Shown: piece after piece, positions 1 to 11,808 of the stretch
Numbering within the stretch: position 1 is the stretch's first letter
Layout: the number at the start of each line of letters is the position of its first letter
Source: Ylistrum balloti
Taxonomy: Eukaryota
Assembly: GCF_031769215.1 (NCBI RefSeq)
Contig: NW_026782299.1
Coordinates: 3,906,001 to 3,970,000 of the forward strand
Direction of reading: 5' to 3'
DNA: 64,000 nucleotides
Notes under the pieces: model-generated
The model's input: the letters and a program-made list of their open reading frames with translations, nothing else
Database searches by the model: none
What the model was told of the DNA's origin: nothing
Program-made: the position numbers and the translations under genes

Positions 1-1622
1 CTGTTGTATACTTACTACAAGTTTAGTGTGATAACACCACCTGTTGTATACTTACTACAAGTTTAGTGTGATAACACCACCTGTTGTATACTTACTACAA
101 GTTTAGTGTGATAACACCACCTGTTGTATACTTACTACAAGTTTAGTGTGATAACACCACCTGTTGTATACTTACTACAAGTTTAGTGTGATAACACCTA
201 CCGCTGTATACTTACTACAAGTTTAGTGTGATAACACCACCTGTTGTATACTTACTACAAGTTTAGTGTGATAACACCACCTGTTGTATACTTACTACAA
301 GTTTAGTGTGATAACACCACCTGTTGTATACTTACTACAGTCAAGTTTAGTGTGATAACACCACCTGTTGTATACTTACTACAAGTTTAGTGTGATAACA
401 CCACCTGTTGTATACTTACTACAAGTTTAGTGTGATAACACCACCTGTTGTATACTTACTACAGTGTGATAACACCACCTGTTGTTTACTTACTACATTC
501 ATTTTTAGTGTGATAACACCACCTGTTGTATACTTACTACAAGTTTAGTGTGATAACACCACCTGTTGTATACTTACTACAAGTTTAGTGTGATAACACC
601 ACCTGTTGTATACTTACTACAAGTTTAGTGTGATAACACCACCTGTTGTATACTTACTACAAGTTTAGTGTGATAACACCACCTGTTGTATACTTACTAC
701 AAGTTTAGTGTGATAACACCACCTGTTGTATACTTACTACAGTCAGGTTTAGTGTGATAACACCACCTGTTGTATACTTTACTACAAGTTTAGTGTGATA
801 ACACCACCTGTTGTATACTTACTACAAGTTTAGTGTGATAACACCACCTGTTGTATACTTACTACAGTCAGGTTTAGTGTGATCAAGTTTAGTGTGATAA
901 CACCACCTGTTGTATACTACTACAAGTTTAGTGTGATAACACCACCTGTTGTATACTTACTACAAGTTTAGTGTGATAACACCACCTGTTGTATACTTAC
1001 TACAGTCAAGTTTAGTGTGATAACACCACCTGTTGTATACTTACTACAAGTTTAGTGTGATAACACCACCTGTTGTATACTTACTACAAGTTTAGTGTGA
1101 TAACACCACCTGTTGTATACTTACTACAGTCAGGTTTAGTGTGATAACACCACCTGTTGTATACTTACTACAAGTTTAGTGTGATAACACCACCTGTTGT
1201 ATACTTACTACAGTCAGGTTTAGTGTGATAACACCACCTGTTGTATACTTACTACAAGTTTAGTGTGATAACACCACCTGTTGTATACTTACTACAGTCA
1301 GGTTTAGTGTGATAACACCACCTGTTGTATACTTACTACAAGTTTAGTGTGATAACACCATAACACCACCTGTTGTATACTTACTACAAGTTTAGTGTGA
1401 TAACACCACCTGTTGTACACTTACTACAAGTTTAGTGTGATAACACCACCTGTTGTATACTTACTACAGTCAGGTTTAGTGTGATAACACCACCTGTTGT
1501 ATACTTACTACAAGTTTAGTGTGATAACACCTACTGCTGTATACTTACTTCAGTCAAGTTTAGAGTTATAAACTTGATACTGTTAATCTTAGTGTGTTAA
1601 CACCACCTATTTATATACTCAC
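1..1622. repeat. 40-bp tandem minisatellite (45-bp variants), about 37 units, in an intron of the LRP-like gene; continues past the window start
   Basis: Unit ctgttgtatacttactacaagtttagtgtgataacaccac repeats with period 40; some units carry an extra cagtc/gtcag; units degenerate towards the exon junction at 1622. Confidence 0.97.
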
Positions 1623-4600
1623 TACAATTAAGTTCATCTTCAAGCTCTGCACATCGTGAGATTCCATTACATCTCTGCTTCTCCTCATAACATTGGTGAC
1701 TGTCTTTTAAACCACAACGGAAATGATCCTTGTCACAGATACCTGTAAGATAATGTGTTACACCTTATATTATAACTACAGTACAATCCTTGTCACCACC
1801 ACCTGTAAAATAACATATCACATTTTACACACGTAAAATTTTGATGTTATATGCTACATACCACACCCCTTCTCGTCTCCTCCATGTAGGCGACAATTCC
1901 ACATCCCGTCACAAGCTTTATCTATAGGGTAACAGTCTTTCTCTGTGGAACCACATGAGGCTTGATCTGGTAGGCATACACCTGTCAAATTTATACCCAT
2001 TAAGATCTCTTCACATTACAGATGAGGAATACCTAATATTATCATATTTGAGAGATGAAATGACATAGTAATGTTTTCCTTTTAGTGTCCATAATGTGAC
2101 GTCAGAACTGTACCTTATGTTTAACAGTACCAACTCTCAATCAATCTTTCTATCATCAGGATCTTGGACCCTTCCTCCCTAGTTCACTTTTAAACTGGAC
2201 AAACACAAGCAGTAGTGCTTTCTATTCCCCATTTCCTAAAATACTGGATAATATTTCGGGTCTTTACCCATTCTATAAATTAGATATGAATTGATGTCCT
2301 TTTGTCTCCTGTTCTCTGGGTTATAAACCCCACCATCTCACTGGTTAATACTTCAGGACCTGTTTTCTCTGCTGTCTAATATACTGGATACTATTATTGG
2401 TTTTAGCTTTTTCCTAGTATACAGGCAAGATTTTCAGCAATATCAACTCCCTGTCAGGTTTACATAATATACATGTATCCAACTATATTCCAGGCATTCT
2501 CTTCCTATTAGCTAGTATATTGGGAAAAAGTTCTGGTATTCCTTTCCTATTGGCTAGTTTACAGGACAATATTTCAGGCACTCTCTTCCTATTGGCTAGT
2601 ATACTGCAAAAGAGTTCAGGTATTCCCTTCCCATTGGCTGGTTTACTGGACAAGACTTTAGATACTCCCTTCCCATTGGCTGGTTTACTGGACAAGACTT
2701 TAGATACTCCCTTCCCATTGGCTGGTTTACTGGACAAGACTTTAGATACTCCCTTCCCATTGGCTGGTTTACTGGACAAGACTTTAGATACTCCCTTCCC
2801 ATTGGCTGGTTTACTGGACAAGACTTTAGATACTCCCTTCCCATTGGCTGGTTTACTGGACAAGACTTTGGATACTCCCTTCCCATTGGCTGGTTTACTG
2901 GACAAGACTTTAGATACTCCCTTCCCATTGGCTGGTTTACTGGACAAGACTTTTAGATACTCCCTTCCCATTGGCTAGCTTACTGGACAATATCTGGCAA
3001 CCCTCTAACATACCAGAATAAACCATTTCTTATTTCTGTATTGTATATTAGTACAGCCCACATATATTCATAAATCATGGAAACTATTATTTAATCATGA
3101 ACAGGTAGAATAATACTTTTTCCATAAAAGTTACAGAGAGTAACAATGGCTGCTGATCTTAATGTGACAAGAAACATGATAGTGATACAGAAATAGTTTA
3201 GTTCAGTCGTACAAATTTAACTTACAAAAATAAATTAGCACATCCTGAAATATCTACATCTCACATTAACAGGCAGACTTCTCACCTTTCTTTTGGAATG
3301 TAATATTAAAACCACTTTCTGCCCGCACATGGTTTGTTTGGAACTTCAAGGTGATATAATCAGTAGTGGATTCCACCATTTTCGGAACATTTTCCAGTCC
3401 ACCATAGTATACACCAATGACCTTTCCCTCATGATATGTTCCATCGTACACTGTTAGGGAGTCTGTCCCAGCCTCCTTTTGGAGTTCAAATTTAACAAAT
3501 CGTAATTGTACTTGTGCTGATGTGTCCTGTACATGGATTGTCCAGATACAACTGAGGTTGTTGGGGTAATCAAAGGGAAAGTTGGGGGATATCACAAACC
3601 CTGTCTGACTGTCAATGTGACTATTGCATTTGAAAGAAGCTGAAAATAAAATATGTAAATTCAAATCACTTGTCTGGGCATATCAAACAATGCTCTTGCT
3701 ATCATTATGAAATTTGATATATAAAGTACTTATATTTCATATTTTTCATTTTGCAAAGCATACTTCATTATTCTTAATTTAAAATGCAGAGTTGGTATCT
3801 GTAATTGATTTTGGTTATATTTCCACTGAAATTAATGGACAAATATGGCACACAATTAACTTTCATTTTATCAAGCTAAAGTGGTCATGAAATTTCCTTT
3901 CATCAACTGATAAAAAAATTAAAACTTACGACAAAGTTTTCTCTCTTCATCTTCCCCATACAGACAATTCTTTTCACCATCACACCATTGGGCCTTTGGA
4001 ATACAGCGGTTCCTACCTGTGCCCATGTCCTGACACAACAGACTGTTGTTGGTACAGGTCTGTGTAGTGGGAGGTATTGTTGTGTGGGTTACTGAAAAAG
4101 AAGTAAGACCATGGAGGTACAAGTTTAAATCAAGGTATGTACACGTATTGCATTGATATAGGGGATAACTGGTGTACTTTGAGTAAGATGTGTAAAAACA
4201 TTAATGATACTTACTTACCAAAAAAGGAAAGAAAAAAGTATTCCATCCACATTTAATGCCTATGAATGGAGCATTTTTCTTACACAAGAGGCCTAGTGGC
4301 TTTGACAGTCACCTAAGATAAGTGATATTGAATATAAAGTTTAAAGGACAGTTATCTAGTGTCAGGAAACAGAAATTACAACAATGAATATAGTAAGCCA
4401 GTGTCAATACATGCATACCATCAAAACTGTCATCCTATACTGATAATTCTAATACTTACATTTATGCTCAAAAACACTATTTTTCTTTGAAAAATATTCC
4501 TTCCCAGGAAGAAATGTGAGACTCATTTTGGTAATTAAAGCATCTTAAGACGCTTCCATTCAGGATGAGTATTTGATTCTACCATATGTGGGTCTTAAGA

Positions 4601-7600
4601 AGATTTTTGAAATTTAAGTCAATTTGACATACCATCATGCTGTCATCCTTCACTCATAATTCTAACCAAGTTTGAAATATTTCCAATGGAAATTAAACAA
4701 ATTATGCTCAAAAATCTAGTTTTCCTATATAAACTATAGTAAACTTTACCCACTCCCCATGGGGATATGCGAGACCCTGGGGCCATGAAATTCACAATTT
4801 TGGTAAAGCACCTTAAGATGCTTCCATTCATGAAGAGTATTTGATTCTACCATATCTGGGTCTTGTTTACGGATGCACAGCACATGACACCAGATGAATG
4901 GTATCAGAATAGGTCACCATATGACCTAAAAATGTACTGATCTTTACTTTATGTGATAGTCCTTCAAACTTTAAATAATGTTTAATAAATCATGTTGTAC
5001 ATAATCTGATATAGTTCTGGGATATTGACAATTATTTACAATTGCTGTGTTTTTCCCCTAATAAAACATAAGAATATCGACTGTGTTTATACTCCAATAA
5101 ATTTAGTCGAGAACATGCTAGACGATGACGTAACAATATTGGCGTAGGAATACATTTACACACAAGTCAAAGGTTGCGGCCCATTCATGTTTACCAACAA
5201 ACACCACGTGTTGCTAGCATCATCCAAACAAGACTTTTAAATAAACGGTGATTAAATTTTATAAAATATTGGTTTTGTAATTTATTTTTGAAAAGGTCTT
5301 AAAAGATCTCAAACACATGTAACATGTTCGGTTTCACTTCCCGCCTCGTCAGCCAAACTGCATCACGACTGACTTCCGCGTCTGTGTCTCGATGAATGTT
5401 GTGTTGCTATAGTAATTATTGAACATGATTATGTTTTGTTTTAAATGAAAGTTCTGTAGATAAAATAACTACACACAAACTATTCCATTTGTATGACCAA
5501 TTTCCTTCAGAAAACATGAATAAAATAGTTGAAATCGACGAACTATTTGTTTGGTTTCCAAGGAGAAAAAAGTGGGCAGAGTCTAACTGTCTTGGCAGCT
5601 GTTCCCGGAATTCAACAGAATGGAACATCACTTTCACTTTCGTATTTAATTACTTGGAAATGGTGAAACTGAAAGTGTTTTACTTGATTATTTTTTAAAG
5701 TAAAAATTGTAAATGAAAGGATAATCAAGGCTCCTGGACCAGATAAGGGTCCCTTAACCTGACAAGGGTCTATGGACCCATCAATGTTCCTGGACCAGAT
5801 AAGGGTCCCTGAACCTGACAAGGATCTATGGACCTGTCAAGGTTACTGGACCAGATAAGGATCCCCAAAGTAGACAAGTGTCTACAAGACCAGACATGGG
5901 TTCCTGGAGCATATAAGGGTCCCCAATACAGACAAGGGTCCACAAGACCAGACATTGGTCCCTGGACCATTGACAAGTGTCCCAGGAACATACTACATAC
6001 CTTGTGGACAGCTTGTTTCATCACTGTGATCCTCACATTCAGCTACACCGTTACACTTCCACTCCTCAAATATACACTTTCCAATGTTACAGCGGAACTT
6101 GTCTTGTTCACACTTCTGGGTGTACAGTGGACCTAACATCATAAAGAGACAGATTATTACCTAACATCATAAAGAGACAGATCATTACCAAACATCATAA
6201 AGAGACAGATCATTACCAAACATCATAAAGAGACAGATCATTACCAAACATCATAAAGAGACAGATCATTACCAAATATCATAAAGAGACAGATCATTAC
6301 CAAACATCATAAAGAGACAGATCATTACCAAACATCATAAAGAGACAGATCATTACCTGACATCAACACATAACAGTAATACATTAACTAGTTGTCTCCT
6401 TTATATAACTGTATATCAAAGAAATGTCAATAATTTAAGACAGAAAATAGTTTATGATTTTCAACTAAATCAAAACTTCAGATAACTGACAATTTTCCAC
6501 TTACTTAGATTAAGTTATGAAATCTCATTAGTTTACTAGATTGATATTAAATTGGCATGATATTTTTTCCCTAAATATAACATTAAATATCATTCTGCTA
6601 AAATAGTGAGAGAAAACAAAAGATGTGAAGCTTCAATAATTTGTAACCAATTCAGTCAACGTTTTTTTTTATAATTTAACAGAAGAGGTGAAATATCAAT
6701 AATTTGTCACTGATTCCATGAGAAATTCAATAACCTGCTACTACACTTAGTACAATATAATACATATAATTCATTTATATCACAATTTTCCATTGATTCA
6801 GTAATGAACATGAATTATTTAATTACAGGTCACTAAGATTTAACATCAGTCATTTTCTAATATCTGACATTCATCATTACATGACTATAAACTATATGAA
6901 ATTTGAGCATCCACTGAAGAAATAGCACACATGTATTAATCTTTAACAGCAAAATCCAAGATGGTCACCTATCAGCCAATTTTATTTTCCTTATCAGTCC
7001 CAAAATCAGATGTGCACAACATTGAACCAAGGACAGCCTACATATGAAATTTGAGACAAACTTTCATGGTTGAAATTCAAGATGGTTTTCTGTCAGTCAT
7101 TTTTTTTAACCAGCCCCAAAATCAAATGGGCATAACTAGGGACCAAGAGGAACCTACATAGGAAATTTGAGAAAGATCCATGTGGGGCTTTCCAAGAAAT
7201 TTGCGACAAGAAACTTTCATTGTTGAAATCCAAGCAGGCCATCTGTTGTCTATTTTATTTTTCTGATCAGTCCTAGAATCAAACAGGCCCAACTAGGGAC
7301 CAAGGGTAACCAACATATGAAATTGAAGAGCGATCCATACAGTACTTCAAAAGAAATAGCGATAGCAAAAATTGTTCTTGGACTAACAGACGGAGAGACC
7401 ATGGACCATCAGATGGTGGTATAAAAATAGAAAATTAATCCTTAAATGGTTTGACACAAATTGTTTATAAGTAGTCAGTACATAGACAATACTACTCAAT
7501 TTGTATCTAACAAATTAAAAAATTCATGCAAATATACAATCAGACTTACCCATGATATACATAAGCTCAAAACCAGCTCCTGTTGTCATATAGTCAGAGT

Positions 7601-9238
7601 TGAAATGTATTCGAACATGCTTTGTTTTAGAAATATAAACCCTCGGGATGCTGCTTATATTACCACATATTCTCATCTTAGGGTCTGGACCAATCTCCAG
7701 GAAATCACGATCACAGGATCCCAGTACACCAGTCTCGACATCAAACATCTTAAAACTGAAATTCACAGCAATGGAACATCAAAGATTAATTATAAAAGAG
7801 TGATGGCACAAAAGATCAACAGATCATTCCTGAATTGACAGGAGTGGATCCCTGTTATGTAAATTATTCATTCTCAGTGAAACAAGGATATGACTGCGAC
7901 ACTGTAGGGTAAACAAACCTGATTGTAATGATGTCATTGGCGTTGCCAGTGATGAACCAGTCCTTACAGAAGTTGGTAGGGTAGGGTGCTGGGTAGTCAG
8001 GACTGGTGATAGTTCCATGGCTCTTGTTGTACTCCTCACTCTTACAGCTGTCTGAGAACAACAACAGCCACAAAGATTATCATGGACTTTCTCACATGCT
8101 GAATACAATCACATTTCACAGTCATGTGTAACAAAAAGCTAAAAAGTATCAACTACCTGTTATCTTAAACTGAAACAACAATTCAAATATCAAATAATTC
8201 ACTCTACCTATATAATTACCTCTTACTGTATAACTGTAGTTACAAATGTATAATCTATCACATCACCACTAGGTAATCTCTATGACAAGGTGTTATTTCT
8301 GACATAATGCTTGCAGCCACCCAAGGTGCCTTTTAACATAATTAGTACAGATGGAGCGGCCATACATAAGGAACCTTCTGCACGACAAACAGTAATTTAG
8401 CAAATGATTGTATTGTGAAGACTAAGAGTAGTTCCCGTTTACAGTGATCTGTATACTTCTACATCTGTAAGTAATCTTTCAGTTATCATTTTCCTGAAAC
8501 CTTGTGACCATTATATGCTACCAGATATTGTGATTACTGTGTAGAGCATCCATATTATAATTGTGTCTTAATTAACAAAAGTCTTCAGATAACAAATAAA
8601 ACAAAATGTTTCTTTCATTGACAGTGTATATATAAGGGTCTTTTTCATAAACCTCTGTTTATGAGATAAAATGCTTTGAAAGGGATCATGTCCTGAAATT
8701 CAACCCATCAACATAGCTCTTCCGACCATGTGCACACCCAAACAAATTTAATAATATCATCAATTAACATCAGCAAAGTCCAATAACCAATTGTACCCTA
8801 GAGGGATTTCTGTTGGTGTTGGATTGATGAGATATAAAGTAATGAATCAGGTCAATGTTGTTGTCTATACTTACTTGTTGACTGTGATGTTGACCTCGTA
8901 CATGAATCCATCATAATCACAAGGGAAAACACACTGAAAGCTGCAAATAAAGCAGTGGTGAATTTTCTTTCTATCTATAAAACTGTTTTGTAGATACAAT
9001 GGGGTCTAGTTTCGGTATAGCAACTGTATATACTTGTGATCCGTACTAGGTCTCATCTACTTATGTCAGACATATCGATCTGAGAAATGAGAAACATTCA
9101 CATGTAAAAGTGCTAAAAATGCTTGTATTAATCACGCGCAATCATTTTCTACAGAAAAGAAAAACTGATTAAAATTAATTTGGCAATGCTTACAAAATAA
9201 TCATTATTACCTGTCAATTCGAAGTTTTTCATCGTCAT
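1623..9238 (-). CDS. LRP12: LRP3/LRP10/LRP12-type receptor (signal peptide-CUB-LDLa-LDLa-CUB-LDLa-LDLa...), 3'-partial. Exons 9238-9211, 8940-8875, 8051-7919, 7755-7550, 6132-6001, 4091-3930, 3639-3286, 1981-1862, 1742-1623
   Basis: All junctions are GT-AG and phase-consistent (1321 nt). N-terminus MTMKNFELTAFSVFSLVIMMDSCTRS resembles a signal peptide. CUB1 ...GTITSPDYPAPYPTNFCKDW...; CUB2 ...GFVISPNFPFDYPNNLSCIW...; four 6-Cys LDLa exons (e.g. CEQDKFRCNIGKCIFEEWKCNGVAECEDHSDETSC). Domain order matches the LRP3/10/12 subfamily; the symbol is the nearest vertebrate name and orthology is untested. TM and tail lie outside the window. Confidence 0.88.
2480..2992. repeat. 42-bp tandem minisatellite, about 8 homogeneous plus 3-4 degenerate units, intronic
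   Basis: Unit gactttagatactcccttcccattggctggtttactggacaa, period 42; it explains the three overlapping 14-aa-repeat ORFs in the track. Confidence 0.95.
4284..4932 (+). mobile_element. Helentron-type non-autonomous element (HINE/DINE-like)
   Basis: 5' acaagaggcctagtggctttgacagtcacctaag resembles the 5' end of the element at 59270; 3' ggtcaccatatgacctaaaaa hairpin end; an internal ~70-bp block is duplicated (~4527-4597 and ~4798-4863). Confidence 0.65.
5730..5990. repeat. Degenerate ~57-bp tandem repeat, 4-5 units, next to the LDLa1 exon donor
   Basis: Recurring ctggaccagataagggtccc...gacaagggtctatggacc. Confidence 0.8.
6133..6364. repeat. 28-bp tandem repeat, 8 units plus a partial, built from the LDLa1 splice-acceptor region
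   Basis: Unit aacatcataaagagacagatcattacca, period 28, begins exactly at the acceptor (6133-6134). Confidence 0.95.
6830..7430 (+). mobile_element. Decayed non-autonomous element with about 3 internal ~150-bp subunits (Helentron-type, second family)
   Basis: Repeated aaatccaagatgg...aactagggaccaag...catatgaaatttgag modules; ends cagacggagag...ggtggtataaaaat. Confidence 0.5.
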
Positions 9239-10506
9239 TGTAAAATTGTTTGCTCGTCAACAAGAAGGCATCACTAGCAACACATCACTATAAGCACTAT
9301 CGCCAGGTTCGCCAACAATGCTAGTGGACCTCGTGATTTTGTTATTGTTTATAACAATGTTGACAGCAGGTGCTCGTTTTGACAACCTGGCGACGAATCA
9401 CCTTTCAGAGTTCGACGTTGTCCTGTCGGACAGCTACACGGAAACTTGTGTTTCCATTCCAGTTTCTTCTGAGCAAATTCCCTTAATATCCACTCGACGA
9501 CAACGTGTTATCTAGATTCTTTTCTGGAAGGACTAGTAGGGTTGGTGTGTCCTCCATGGTGAACTTCCGTGTTAAACGTCCAAGTTCCGGAGTGCCTAAA
9601 TATGCACCGGCTAACGGTATCCGGAATGTTATATTTAATAGTAAGGGTCTAGACACTACATGTCAGATAACAATGCAGTGATGTTCATGCGATGAACAAC
9701 AGTAAAATTTTATATAACAAAACGGCATCTCAGCAAATAAGCATAACCATGATATCAAATAATTTAGAAATCCTGAAACAGTTATTAAAAACACAAGTGG
9801 TACAAGAAGGAAGTTAAGCACTATAACTGCGTAATTGCGCTTCTTCGGATGAACCCGACGGGTAAAACGGGTTTTATTCTACCATGGCACTGGTCCACAG
9901 GAACGTGCTTTCCCTGTTATTTTACAAAAGTACAGTAAACGAGAAAACTGGTAGTATGTTACATAGAAGCATGGAGTTATAGATTCGCTTATGCTGTGAG
10001 TTTGGATTTTTTTTTCACTTCTACAATCATAAAAAGAAATCAGTTTGTATCATAACTTACAAAGTGTTACGCCATTCAACTCCTGAAGCAAATTATTACT
10101 CGAAGCTCACAAAGAAAAGTAGCTCTACACCTAACTAGGCTACGTTTAATGGCCAGGACTTTCACAGAAATTTGAAAAAAATACAATGTGCCAAATATGA
10201 CTTCCTAACGTACAGTGTTCTTGTTTGAAGAAAATTTCATCAGATCGCATTATATCAATAGTTTTCGTGTGGCGTGTACCGCTCAGTCCCCAAATCAATA
10301 TTCGATCTTAGACTATGGTGCAAATACAATAATGCAGTGTACTGTGTACATAGGTTTAGTAACGACAGACAACCATTTCAGAAATCAATGAAGCAACAGC
10401 TTATTATTAATTTTCCGAAGATCTTATGAAAAGATTTAAATTCATTGTCGTCCAATACTTTTATTTTTCTTCAAACAAGCATTTTTATTGGTTTTAAACT
10501 GGTTAC

Positions 10507-10519
10507 GTTACCTAGCAAC
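10507..10519. promoter_or_regulatory. RFX X-box (GTTACCTAGCAAC)
   Basis: Close match to the X-box consensus GTTNCCN(0-3)RGNAAC; about 170 bp upstream of the candidate first coding exon of the kelch-like gene. Confidence 0.5.
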
Positions 10520-10689
10520 GACTGCGTAATAATTTCATATCGGAAAGTGTGACAGTCTGCTAAAGAAAGTCAAAATCTGGCAGTGTGTTTGTGTTAAATC
10601 AAATTAGACCTACATATACGTGGGTACGGTATGTAATTTTATAATTTTATTCATTTTCATATTTGGAAGCACTGCACAAAAACGCAGCA

Positions 10690-10755
10690 ATGGACCCGAT
10701 TTGCTTATCTGATCTGAAGATGACGAAGAGAAAAGTCTATTCATATGTAACAGAG
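10690..10755 (+). CDS. Candidate first coding exon of the kelch-like gene (MDPICLSDLKMTKRKVYSYVTE)
   Basis: ATG 10690, 22 codons, phase-0 donor GAG|gtctga matching the phase-0 acceptor at 13893. The donor is weak and not independently confirmed. Confidence 0.4.
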
Positions 10756-10756
10756 G

Positions 10757-11722
10757 TCTGAGGAAAGTCGTTTTAACATTTAATCCTTTTTCCTCTGAAC
10801 GAAATATCTTATCACTGATGTGAAAAAGAATTTCACTTCAGTGAAAAAAACATAGTGCAAACAATTACTTTAACTTAAGGTAAAAATAATTTCACTTCAG
10901 AAATAAAACAAAATTCAAATTGAAGTTTACTTCCCTTAAGGCAAATAGAACTTTAAAAAAATATTTTGTGTAGACATAATGCTAAATTATTTTCACTTCA
11001 GGGAAATTACTTTCGCCTTTAGGTAAATATGGTCAATGCAATCTGGGTGTTTCTTATCCACCCCTTTGTATTAATGGGCAGATCAGTCAACATGTCTACT
11101 GCGTTATGATTTATTCTCTTACTAGTAGAGATAAGCTTATGTACATGATTTTATTTTATTCAGTGAAAAAATGTTGTATTTCCATTATGTGTTTTTTACC
11201 TAAGCGAAGAAAGATGTTTATTTCCATATGTGTTTTTTACGTAAACGACGAAAGTTTTTCATTTCCATATGTGTTTTTTTCACTAAATGATTTTGTTTCT
11301 TTCCATTATGTGTTTTTTTTCACTTCAGTAATTTTTTCTTTTCCATTAAGTTTTCTTTCACTGAAATGAAAAAGATTTTTATTTCCATTTTGTATTAGGG
11401 CTCTTTCTGGAGAGATATTAAACACCAAATGATTTGTCGATGGATGGGCTAGACCAAATCTATTGAAGAGGTTGGGAGACACCTAACTGTTTGTTTAATT
11501 TCACTAAAATGAAGAAGATTTTCACTGAAGTAAAATAATTAAACCTACAAAATTTATTACACTTAAGCGAAATTCATTTTCACCTATGTGAAATAAAACA
11601 TAATGCAAAATGAAGATTGGTGACCTTAAGGCAAAATGAATTTTCACTTAAGTGAAATAGATGTAATGTACATTTCACCTTAAGGGGAAACAGGATTCGA
11701 TGTTAAAACGGCTTGCCATAGA
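10757..11722. mobile_element. TIR-bounded non-autonomous DNA element with foldback-like internal modular repeats
   Basis: Left ctgaggaaagtcgttttaacatttaatcct vs reverse complement of the right end ctatggcaagccgttttaacatcgaatcct (24/30 identical); interior rich in tttcacttcagtgaaa / ttcacttaagtgaaa palindromes and ~40-bp atttccatatgtgttttt units. Confidence 0.7.
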
Positions 11723-11741
11723 GGCCATTGTTTTATTTTAA

Positions 11742-11808
11742 TGCTTCCATTAGGATCTGAACCAAGGACCTCTGGCTTACTAGCCTAACGTTCAACCAAT
11801 CGAGCTAA
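11742..11808 (-). pseudogene. tRNA-Thr(AGT)-derived fragment (pseudo-tRNA or SINE head)
   Basis: Minus strand TAGCTCGATTGGTTGAACGTTAGGCTAGTAAGCCAGAGGTCCTTGGTTCAGATCCTAATGGAAGCA: A-box, CTAGTAA anticodon loop, B-box-like GGTTCAGATCC; the 5' acceptor strand is lost and the stems are mispaired. Confidence 0.6.

Noticed and set aside
2483-2978. ORFs with 14-aa repeats (KVLSSKPANGKGVS etc.) as a coding exon of the LRP gene
   Set aside because: A by-product of a 42-bp unit open in several frames; the array has a frameshift at ~2951 and no credible phase-1 acceptor/donor pair; the gene model is complete without it.
5489-5698. KIVEIDE (Merlin/IS1595-like) or FP..RRKKW (THAP-like) motifs
   Set aside because: Only a few residues match; the surrounding conserved motifs are absent.
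9300-9393. 10-bp inverted repeat tcgccaggtt...aacctggcga near the LRP start
   Set aside because: Too short, with no TSD or second copy, to call a MITE.
9846-9868. Hammerhead-ribozyme-like CGGATGA-ACCC/GGGT-AAAAC
   Set aside because: Two invariant core positions mismatch (CUGAUGA, GAAA) and stems I and III cannot be formed.
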